DNA from: Flectonema sp. DT1601
Taxonomy: Eukaryota
NCBI GenBank assembly: GCA_964019425.1
Contig: OZ025780.1
Coordinates: 620,001-684,000, forward strand
Length of the DNA: 64,000 nt
Direction: 5' to 3'
Shown: piece after piece, positions 49,509-59,719 of the stretch
Position numbering within the stretch: position 1 is the first letter of the stretch
How the letters are laid out: each line of letters starts with the position of its first letter
The notes under the pieces: generated by a model
What the model was told of the DNA's origin: nothing
Seen by the model: the letters and a program-made list of their open reading frames with translations, nothing else
Databases searched by the model: none
Made by a program: the position numbers and the translations under genes

Positions 49509-50543
49509 ATGTCGCAAACCTATGAAACGGGAATCCAAATTTCATTATTATGTCCCGAGATGGGATTATCAGAAATCTTATTTAGTGCCACCCCTGAATC
49601 ACTTGTCAGTGATGCCTGTCAAATAGCTGCTAATGAGTGGGACGTAGTCACTGATCTGTTTGATATTTCATACGATGAAAAAATTCTACAAAGAAACAGC
49701 AAGTTAGTATCGCATGGAATCCAGTGTGGTTCTCAGTTGGTGGTAATTATAACGTGCGTCTTTGGTAGTACATGGTTTTCTGATAAAGAAAAAATTAATA
49801 AAATGGTTCAGCTAAATGACATAAAAAATGAAGAATATTTGTCCTTAGACACGACAACATTTGCTAATGATGGGTGTTTGTTTTTTAAACCAGAATGGGT
49901 ATCGACGTCGGTCTCAAAAATATGGTTTAAACATGACATGGGATCCGTGACATCCATATCTCAACAATTCTTATTAAAAACAATAATAAGTTCACTTAAG
50001 TTATCAGGATTTCAGAATCTTACATTGATTTCTGATGACTTTTTACGTGATTGCAGCTCACTTACGCATATTGATCTTTCAGACATGTATAATGTCACAG
50101 AGATAGGTTCATGTTTTCTAAAAGGCTGTACTTCTTTGTTATCAACTGACATCTCTGCATTTAAACAAATAGAATTTTTTAATGATGATTTCCTAGATGG
50201 ATGTGAGTCATTAGAAAGTTTTAGTTGTTTCGGTTTAGAAAATTTGAAAGGAATCGGAAATAGGTTCATGGCTGGTTGTTCATCTCTGAAATCGATTGAT
50301 TTGACTGATTTTAAAAATGTCTCAACCATCGGAAATAATTTTTTATCTGGTTGTGAAAGCTTAGATTTCATTGATGTGTCTCCCTTGGCTAATGTCATGG
50401 GTATTTCATGTATTTTTGGAATTAACTTTTTCATGTTTGGATGTGGTGAAGTTAAACTGCGCGGGATGGAAAATGTGAGAGCGAATCGCATTGTGATGAA
50501 TGCTATTTCAAATACGAAAAGTGACACCCAATTTGTGTATTGA
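49509..50543 (+). CDS. Ubiquitin-like N-terminus plus BspA-type leucine-rich repeats
   Basis: Repeated IGxxFLxGCxSLxxIDL units. Confidence 0.85.
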   Translation: MSQTYETGIQISLLCPEMGLSEILFSATPESLVSDACQIAANEWDVVTDLFDISYDEKILQRNSKLVSHGIQCGSQLVVIITCVFGSTWFSDKEKINKMVQLNDIKNEEYLSLDTTTFANDGCLFFKPEWVSTSVSKIWFKHDMGSVTSISQQFLLKTIISSLKLSGFQNLTLISDDFLRDCSSLTHIDLSDMYNVTEIGSCFLKGCTSLLSTDISAFKQIEFFNDDFLDGCESLESFSCFGLENLKGIGNRFMAGCSSLKSIDLTDFKNVSTIGNNFLSGCESLDFIDVSPLANVMGISCIFGINFFMFGCGEVKLRGMENVRANRIVMNAISNTKSDTQFVY

Positions 50544-51134
50544 CCAGTTGCTGTAGTGTTTTTTTTTTAATTCTACATATGTAAGTCATGACTTATTTCT
50601 TTGGTACGACAGGATTCTGTCAAAATGGAACTAACTGTACAAACAGTTATAATTACGATTGGATTTTAAATACGAACTAGAGATACCCGTCCAGGCTCGC
50701 TTTGTATTGCTTTTGTTTTTTGGAATTCAACTTGTTTTTTCCTTTGCTTAAGTATGCTAAAATGACAACGATGGCTGGGTTATTATAGTGGATATGTGGA
50801 TTATTTCAAGTTAACCATTTTTATCTTTCTGAACAACTTTATTTTACAACTTGGTTAGCTCAGTTTTTATTCCCTGTATTAGGCTTTTGGCCTTTCCTCT
50901 TTTGAGTCCAAACAAAAACAGCCGTCAGCGGGTATCGAAAAGTGCCGGTTCGCGCATCCAAAAAAAGAAGAGAAGTTTTTTTTTTCCTTGGAACCTAAAA
51001 AATCCCCAATACTGGTAATAATATAAAAAGAGTGGAAATACCCAATTTGTGTATCGGCCAGTTGCTGTAGTGTTTTTCATTAACATGTCTTTCATTCAAC
51101 AAAACTAATTATATCAAAAAAAACAGTTCTAAAT

Positions 51135-52664
51135 ATGATGAGATTATCGTACCTGCCGCATGCCGTTGCTTTCATAGGATCGATGGCTACGATCGTCGGA
51201 GACATGTTCTTCCCTGACATCGGACTGTGGGCGGTGTTCATATTATTAACAATCATGTTACTATTAGTCGATGAGAAGGTCCGTACAAGTTGGGTTTGCG
51301 GTGCTATTCAAGTTCTTGGTATTGGATATTTTATAGTTGAAATTCTAACAACAAAAATCCGACGATCAGAACGAAACACCGAATACGAAGCAGCAGCATG
51401 TGTTGTTCGGAGTTTCATAATGGTGGGTTGTTATGCTGGTATTAGAAAGCTTGCAGCAGATCGATTCTACTCAAAAGAATGTTTAAAATCAGTTTCTTCT
51501 ATCATCGGTGATATCGCTCTCTCGTTGGAGACTTATGATGTTTCTTTGGCATATCAATTTTTGTGTAATACGCCAGACCTTCCTGAGAATGTTTTTGATA
51601 GCCTATCGTTATTGGTGCATAATGTTCAAACACATAAGCCGTACTTACCGCAATCATGTTTTTTACGAAATGATAGTTCTGCTTTGCGCCAATCATCAAC
51701 ACCTGGTTTGGTTCCAAAATCGGAGCAGTCTTGTCAATCTATAGAATCGCCTGGTTCTTTAGTTGGATTGAAAAAATTTTCAAACAAAGAATTTTCAATT
51801 GCCGTTGTGAATATAAAAAATTCACTCGCACTATTATCAGATCCGCCATCGTTTGCTTATTGCTTATCTCTTTATGTCTCGACCTTGAATGAGAATTTGG
51901 GTCGTAGTCGAGGTATTCTTGAACACCTCCTGGGGGATCGAGCAGTCTTGACGTTTGGAGCATCAAAGCCGTGTAAAAACACTTCATCATCGTGTTACAA
52001 TACGTGTTTGAGTATTCTAAAACAAACAGAAAGTCTATTCAGAGGTTTTAATGAATTGTCATTCAACGTTGGGATGGAATATGGATCTGCCTACTGTGGA
52101 GTGTTAGGTAGTTCTGACTGCTTGAGATTCAGTTTAATTGGAACTCTACCCCTTTGGGTGTCATGCATAGAGCGAGTTGGTGCTTCCATTGACGCTCCAA
52201 TTATTGTGGGAAGTAACTTTACTGAGAAGCTTGACATTCCATTTAAAATAGTGTTGTATCGTGTTCAGTTCAATTCCGACATAAGATTCTTATACACTCC
52301 CGAAGACGCGATAGATCTCTCCGGGAGATGTAGGTTTTGTGGACTACAACACAACACACTTTGGAGAGTTGAAAGTACTGAGGGATTTTTTGATAGTGAA
52401 ATCTCGGATGCTATTTTTGATGAGTCGGAGGAATGTAGTTGTTCAGCAGCGACGTCTTCAAATTTAAAACAGCAATACGCTCAATATAACGCAGTTGTTA
52501 CATCCTTCTTGCAAACACCTTCACGAGTAGATCATGTTTCTATTAACAAAATGCAAGCAGAGCAACAAACAGGACACCCTTCGGTCACTAAGGCTTTTGA
52601 TGAACTATTTAGAATACTAAAATCGAACAAGGGACCTCCTCAGATAGTTTTTGATTATAGGTAA
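51135..52664 (+). CDS. Multi-TM adenylate/guanylate cyclase-like protein
   Basis: N-terminal TMs; PYLPQS; LLGDRAVLTFGASKPC; GSAYCGVLGSSDCLRFSLIG. Confidence 0.8.
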   Translation: MMRLSYLPHAVAFIGSMATIVGDMFFPDIGLWAVFILLTIMLLLVDEKVRTSWVCGAIQVLGIGYFIVEILTTKIRRSERNTEYEAAACVVRSFIMVGCYAGIRKLAADRFYSKECLKSVSSIIGDIALSLETYDVSLAYQFLCNTPDLPENVFDSLSLLVHNVQTHKPYLPQSCFLRNDSSALRQSSTPGLVPKSEQSCQSIESPGSLVGLKKFSNKEFSIAVVNIKNSLALLSDPPSFAYCLSLYVSTLNENLGRSRGILEHLLGDRAVLTFGASKPCKNTSSSCYNTCLSILKQTESLFRGFNELSFNVGMEYGSAYCGVLGSSDCLRFSLIGTLPLWVSCIERVGASIDAPIIVGSNFTEKLDIPFKIVLYRVQFNSDIRFLYTPEDAIDLSGRCRFCGLQHNTLWRVESTEGFFDSEISDAIFDESEECSCSAATSSNLKQQYAQYNAVVTSFLQTPSRVDHVSINKMQAEQQTGHPSVTKAFDELFRILKSNKGPPQIVFDYR

Positions 52665-54633
52665 ATGATATCCCTCAATGACAGTTTTTGATATAATTTT
52701 AAAAAAAAAAAAAATCGAGAATGTATTCTTTTTATTCTCTCACACGGGCAGTCGATTTCCTTTTTTTTTCCCCTCTTCGAAACTGCCTTAAAAAAGGGAG
52801 AATTTCTTTTTGCATTTAACAAGTATTGTAAGAACGAAAAAGAATGTTGGCAGCACACGTAAACCTCCTTTAGCTTTATCAGTTTAAGTCGGTTCACGGT
52901 TTAGTGCACAAACATGTGTTATATCATTATTTTCTGCATAGTTGAAGATAAAGCCAATTCTTTCTTTTATTCTTTTTTTCCCCCAGACTTTTCAACAACT
53001 GTTTTTGATACCTCACTCCCAGAATTTCAAAATAAATTGGATCCTCCTTTTTTCTGTTTATATTTTTTCGGTTGCGATGTATCTGTTTTTTTTTGAATTT
53101 ATTTTGTTTTTAAGGTTGTAGTACGCGCCGTCCGAATTCCATTTTTTCGACAGCACGTATGAAGCAGAGCTGAGTTCTATTTATTTTTATAGTTTCTTAT
53201 ATTTAGTACACCACCTTCCCCGTTCCTTAAATACGATTCTTTCGTATCGTATTAATTCACTTATTCCGTGTTGAAGAATTTGTATATTTTTTTTTTTTTT
53301 TTTTTTCATTATCTCCCACTATCAAGTTATTTTTATTTTATTCCGTTTGAGTAACTTAACGCTAACCAGTGAATTAGCTGGCTTGTGTTGTTGTTGTTTT
53401 TTTATTTTTCTTCTTATCATTTTTTGCTCTTATCCTTATTATTTACACTTTTTTTTAAAAAAAATAATCTTTCTTTTAACGCACTGCCTGCACCTTAAAA
53501 ACACATTTAACATGTCTGTTGAGAAAAAATGGGAAAACTTTGTGTTGTTGTTGTTGTTGTTGGTTTTTTTTTTTTTTTTTTTCTTGAATGAGGAATGTTA
53601 TTTATTGTCTAATGCGGCGTGTTCTCCCTCTCTTTGATGAAAATTGGCGCTTATCAGCCTTCTCTAACACTGTCTGCTCGCGCGGGCGGTGGGTTTAGAT
53701 AGTCATTTGTTTCAGGTTATTCTACGTCTCTTATCGTCTGCGAGAGTCTCACAGTTGCTGGTAGCGCGCTGTGAGCTTTTCCTGGCTTTTGGCTCCTAGG
53801 CTTCGTAAATAAATAAATAAATAAATAAAAACTTGTGTATATGAGGACTTGTCTAAAGTCTGGTACCGTTTTGGTCAACGGTAAACTGCGGGCAATGTAC
53901 ACAACTCAATCGAATCCCAACCCTGTCTGAAACATGCCTCAAAAAATTACTCATGTAGTTGTCATCGAAACTTTCTTTTTCCTTCCTTCTTTTACACATT
54001 TAAACTTTAAAAAAAAAAAAAAAAACTTCTTCTTGGTTACGTGTTGTTAATTTAATCAGCGCATTTTCCTTTGTCAGGACATTACTATTAAACGAACCTT
54101 GATTGACATCTGCGTTTTTGTTGTTATTGTGTATTTTCTATTTTTGTTAGGCGAATTGTTGCACTGAATAATGGATAGAAATCTCAGAGCCTACCTTCTT
54201 CAAAAAAGGAGTGAGACTGGTACTGTTCTGGTATGTTGAAATCTCTGTTATTCATTACATTACATTTTTATTATTTATCCCCCCTCTTCAAGTATTTACG
54301 TCAATTGCAGAGTGTTTGCCTACACTAACATTACCTTTAGTCACTGTACCTTGAATGTATTTTACGTACAAAATCGAACAGTTAACCCCCCTCTTCAATG
54401 TTAGACCAAACAGGATGATTCTGAAATTGAAGCAGCGCTACTAGAGAAAGAGATTGAGAAGTTAAAAACAATGATAGAACATACTGACGAATATAATACA
54501 TTTGATCAGGGTAAAGGGTGGGTATCCAGTAAGAAATATTAATGAACTGTTATGATACGACAACACTGTTTGATGTATAAGGACTTTTTCTTTTTTAAAA
54601 ATTTCTTTTTTTTTTTAAATATATCAGTACACA

Positions 54634-55444
54634 ATGGGTTGCACATCTTCACACACCAGCTCATCGAGTGTCGAAAGTTGGGATAATCCTAAGGTACTTC
54701 CCAGCACTAAAAAAGTTAATGCGGTTGTTATTGTTCTTCATGGACTGGGTGACACTCCGGGTGGCATCACACCGTGGGCATTGCAGATACAAAATCAACT
54801 TCCTAATACAGTAAAGGTGATTGTTCCTGCTGCTCCCAGTAGACTGGTCACTCTTACCAGGGTTTGTAATTTATTGTGTTATTACGTTACTGTTTGGTTT
54901 TTTTTTTTTGAAAACAACAAAAATAAAAAAAAAATAGGCAAGACAAACTGCATGGTTCAACATCAAAGGAAAAAGTATAAACGACTCTGAAGACAACGTT
55001 GGAATTGATAAGGCAGTTCGTTACGTTCATTCATTAGCAGAAGCAGAAGTTAAAAAAGGAGTCAGTCCAGACAGAATATATTTCCTTGGATTTAGTCAGG
55101 GAGGTGCCCTAGCTCTCCGAGCAGGTTTGATGTTCAAAGGCTGTGGTGGTGTTGTTGTATGTTCTGGATATTTACCAGGAGTCACCACTCTGAAGTGTAA
55201 GTGTCCTAAGAAACGAGTTTTATTTTGCCATGGAAACCAAGACACGATTGTTCCGTTTACAATAGGTAGGCTCTCTGCTGATATTGTCAAAGGAGTACTC
55301 AATGAAGACGGAGTCGCGTTTAAGAAATACAATTGCGGCCATTCAATTATTCGTCCAATGACCACCGACATTGTGAGATTTTTGAGAGCTGGTCTTGGTG
55401 ATGGAGGGGCTCGTCGCGCCTCTATCACTTCAAGCGTGGGGTAG
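54634..55444 (+). CDS. Acyl-protein thioesterase/phospholipase-carboxylesterase; intron 54862-54937
   Basis: LHGLGD, AP..VT..AWFNI, LGFSQGG, HGNQDTIVP, GHS; MGC N-terminus. Confidence 0.93.
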
Positions 55445-55781
55445 AGTGATTGACTTTAACTCGTTGGCACTCAACGTTCTCATTAAGTGAAGAAATGATC
55501 TTCTATGTTTTTTAATACTTTTTTTATGTGACAAATAAGGGGGGGGGTTGTTCTTTTTTTATCAGTTTTTTTTGTATCTGTTTCTTTTCTCATTTTTCTT
55601 CTTTTTTAAAAAAAAATAATAATAATAATAATCTTGTTTTGCATGAAAAGGTTCGCTTGAAGAAATTGATAGGCAACTGGACTTTCTTCTTTTGCAGAAA
55701 CCTACGTATCACATTACAATAATTATTGGTTTTTTTTTGTCGTTACAGGCAAAAGAGTTTATTTATTTATTTATTTATTTT

Positions 55782-56539
55782 CATAGATGGAAGTGCCCTC
55801 CAAATTTGGAGGGCGCCTGGTGAAAATCAGCCACAAAAATTTGTAGGGCCAAAATAGGGCCATTGTAGGGCCAAAATAGGGCCAAAATAGGGCGCTGGAG
55901 GGCGCGTAGGGCGCTTTTTTAATTAAATTTAATATAATGCCGAGCTCATTTTGACACACCCCTGCCCTCAGCGAGGTCGAATCGCATCTTATTTGACTTT
56001 TCTCCGGTTCGCCCGATCAAATGCGTCTCTGGGATATCAGTTTACTTGCCACCAGTAAACTTCTTTTTTTTCTCACAAGGTACCGTGAAGACCGGCCTAT
56101 TAACAGGTTAGCAAGAACGCACTCTCCCTCCTCGAATCCCTCTATATTCGACTTGGTGCATTCTGCGGGCTAATCAGCTCGTTGTAGATCTGGGATGCAT
56201 CGTCCACTGAAATGAGTTTCAGCTTCAGGGATTGCAGCTCTCAAGGAGTGGTCCATTGTTTTTGCCATTGTTGACCGTCGAACCATGACCTGGAGGTCTC
56301 GGGTTCGAACCCCGTGACACCCTTTTTTCTCTTTTTCGAAAGACTGCCAAGCATGTCAAAAAAATTTTTTTTGGCTTCTGCGTCAAAATACTTGTGCGTC
56401 AGTGTAAGTCCCTGTCAATTTAGCTGTCTTATAGTAATAAAAAAGGAAAAAAAAAGCGCCCTCCAAAATAATATTTATATTAAAAGCGCCCTACAAGCGC
56501 CCTACACGCCCTCCAAATTGTAGGGCACTTCCATCTATG
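55782..56539. mobile_element. Non-autonomous DNA transposon (TIR element), 758 bp
   Basis: TIR CATAGATGGAAGTGCCCT(C/A)CAA at both ends; inverted subterminal arrays of (T/G)AGGGC; TATTTT on both flanks. Confidence 0.92.
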
Positions 56540-57084
56540 TATTTTTTTTATTTATTTTGCGTCCTGTTCAATAACAAGGACATATGTAAAGTTGACGGCA
56601 TTTATCGTAGAAGGGAAATACCCCCCCAAAAAAAAAAAAAAAAAAAAAAAAACATACTTCCTCTAGTTATCTGATAGGGGTAGTTAGCATCATTAATTTT
56701 AGAACAGAAAAATAAGAATAAGAAAGAGTAGAGATTAGTAAAAAGAAAAGTATTCATTTCTGCAGTTTCCTAACATCAAAAGGGTAATAGAATATGTAGT
56801 TTCAGGAGCCTTAATCTTATACCACTGAGTTAGTTAGTGAGTTTTTTATTTTTATTTTTTTATTTTTTATAAATATCTTACTGTGCTTTATATCACCACA
56901 ATGTGAATTCTTTGAAGAAATTTGCATTTGTGTGTGTGTTTTGTGGTTTGTTACCTTATGGTTAATCGTCTCATAAGAAATTAACAAAGATATTAATTAT
57001 GCTATCTCTGTCCTTCTTCAAAAACCGTAGAGGACAAGGAGACCAGAGGAATATTTCATTGCTATCTGAAACCTGGGGAGGTAA

Positions 57085-57122
<38 letters not shown>

Positions 57123-58583
57123 GTTAATTTTTTTTAAATGTTATGATAAAACACAAAAAGGTGAACCTTTTTTTTTTTTTTAGTGCATCGTTTTAATCCC
57201 TTCTTCTCCTTCTCCTCCTCCTCGATACCAACTGTTGGTTTTTTTTATATGGCAACAAAGTTGGTTTGGCTGAATCTTAATTTATTTTTCAGCCAGTTTT
57301 GAAGTTGCTTACAACGTGATGACTGTATTGCATGTTATGACTGCAACACACCTATCCTCCAATAGGAATGTTTATATCATTATAAGTATGCTCAAACGAT
57401 TTTTCCCCCTTGCTGCCAACAGTCAAGATTGTCTGAGAGATTGTTATTCCTTTGAGCTTGATTACATAGTACCAATTAGCCCCATCTGTACTCATCCAGT
57501 CTCTCTCTCTTTTTTTTTTTCTCTCTCGGTACAGATATAATTCATTCACACGGTGTATACATTTAGTTGTAGATGTCGTTTAAAAAAGGAATACATACAT
57601 ATATACATAGATAGCGGAAGCCACTACTCTTGCTCCGTTCTTTAAGACGCGTGCAGCTTTGTTGTTGTTCGCAGAGCTCACAAAAGCCTGTGCTGTAAAT
57701 GCACATTGCTTTCTTACTGCTTATTGAATGATATTTTTAGATTTGAGAGTAGTTAGTTGAGTGTTTTCAACTAACGGTTGCTTTTTATTCCCTGGCTTCG
57801 ATAAATAAATAAAAAAAAAAATATTTCAGCTTCCCACTTTCCCCCCTGGTTCACAAAATGTGAGAATCTCCTTATTGAGATCCGCTTTTAGTTACGCATC
57901 ACACCTAGTCATTGTATCTAAAAACTAATGTTAAATTATCGTTATGTTGTTTTATGATACAATACATTTGTATTTTACGTACAAAATCAAACAGTTAAAC
58001 CCCCGGTTCACAAAATGTGAGTATCTCTTTATTGAGATCCGCTTTTTGTGTCCTTATCTGTTGGTTGCTTTGTTTCAGCAATGCTCAATTTTTTTTGTAA
58101 TTTTTTTTCTTTCTTTTTTTTTTTTTTTTTTATTTATTTAGAGATTTGATCTTAACATGTTCAATAAAAAAATAAATAAGAATTTTTTTTTTTTTTCATT
58201 TGCATCACAAAAACAAAAAAAAAAAAAAAAAATATTAATTGTTATCACGTCGTAGTAGCAATTTAACGTCTATTTCTCACCCTGTGAGAAGCCTCACGAC
58301 TGTGCGCTGGCTATTAGACAGTCGCTTAGTCACTGAAAATCAGTTTTTTTTTCTCGTTTTTTCTTTCTTTCTTATTTTTTTTTTCTCGCCTTATTTCGTA
58401 ACTAAGCATTCCCGATACGATACTAATTATGTGAAAATATTGTGTTGATAAAGCAAAGTAAATTAGTTATTTTTTTTTTTTTTTTTTTCTTCTTCCAGCA
58501 CTTACACACAAAAAATAATGAAAAATTAAATTTAAAAAAAGAAAAAAAAAAAAGAAAGAGAATAGAAGAAGAAGAAGAAGGAA

Positions 58584-59564
58584 ATGATAAACCAACGACA
58601 CCTCGTACTATGTGTTGTGATGTTACAGATTTCATTGTGCATAATGTACGTTGAAATTGAATTTAAAAACAAATGTGAAACTAAAATTGAAATTACAACT
58701 CCAACTCAAACATCACATCCAACCGAAGCACCTCTTCTGGAGACGACGACTCACGCAGATCAAGCTGTAGACGTGCTTAGTGTGATAAGCAGTTTTCCTT
58801 TGGGATATGTCACGCCTACTAAACCTTCGGTTTATGTGGTGACTGATTTTCCAATGATGAGTTTTTATTTGCTTCAGCATCAGATGCCGATATTAAATTT
58901 AATTAAAGCACTTCGTGAGAGTAGTAGTGCTGATTTCAATAGTGTTTTGGACATTGGATCTGGAACAGGAGCGTTAGCGTTGTACGCCTCAAAGTTAGGT
59001 TGTCACGTCGTTGCAGTTGAGCCAAATGCCAGGCAATCTCAGTCAATAAGAGACAGCATCGTTGTAAATAAAATATCAAATTTAGAAATAAAACAATCTT
59101 ATGTATTCGATTCGAACACCGTAGTTAGAAAGAACGGAGAATCTCACAGGGCTGTTTCGTTGAAAACAGTTTTAGAAAACTCTGCAGTCAACCACCGTGT
59201 TGGATTAATAAGAATATCAACGGGTGGATACGAGCATTTGATATTAAAAGCTGGTTTGCGTTCTTTTCGTGAAGATTCTAATATCAAATTATCAAATCTA
59301 ATAATTGAGATAAATGACATCTCAGATATTGATATCTTCGAGTCTACATTCGATCTACTTCTGCAACAATCATGGCGTCCGTACCTTCTTCGAAGTGGTT
59401 GTTCTGAACGTTTCGGTTCATTGGGAATTGATCCTCACTTCGATTGGAAATATAAAATACAAGCTTATCCTTTGACAATGAAATCGTGTAAAAAACTATT
59501 CACAGCGATGATGACCAAAATTACGTTGAAAGGAATCCCTTGTCCAATTTGGTTGGTCAGGTAG
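58584..59564 (+). CDS. FkbM-like SAM-dependent methyltransferase with N-terminal TM
   Basis: VLDIGSGTG..LYASKLGCHVVAVEP; LIRISTGGYE. Confidence 0.8.
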   Translation: MINQRHLVLCVVMLQISLCIMYVEIEFKNKCETKIEITTPTQTSHPTEAPLLETTTHADQAVDVLSVISSFPLGYVTPTKPSVYVVTDFPMMSFYLLQHQMPILNLIKALRESSSADFNSVLDIGSGTGALALYASKLGCHVVAVEPNARQSQSIRDSIVVNKISNLEIKQSYVFDSNTVVRKNGESHRAVSLKTVLENSAVNHRVGLIRISTGGYEHLILKAGLRSFREDSNIKLSNLIIEINDISDIDIFESTFDLLLQQSWRPYLLRSGCSERFGSLGIDPHFDWKYKIQAYPLTMKSCKKLFTAMMTKITLKGIPCPIWLVR

Positions 59565-59719
59565 TTTTCTTTTTTACACCCTTTTATTACTCTTCATTTT
59601 TTTTAAATAAATTTTATTTTTAAAATCTTTTTTTTCTTCCAGAAACAAAAAACTTTGGAAAAAACAAAAATAACAAAAAACCATGATTCTTATATAATTA
59701 AAAAAAAAAAGAATAACAA

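Noticed and set aside
53660..53700. Twister ribozyme in family A (CTAACACTG)
   Set aside because: The remaining conserved twister loop and pseudoknot residues are not present.
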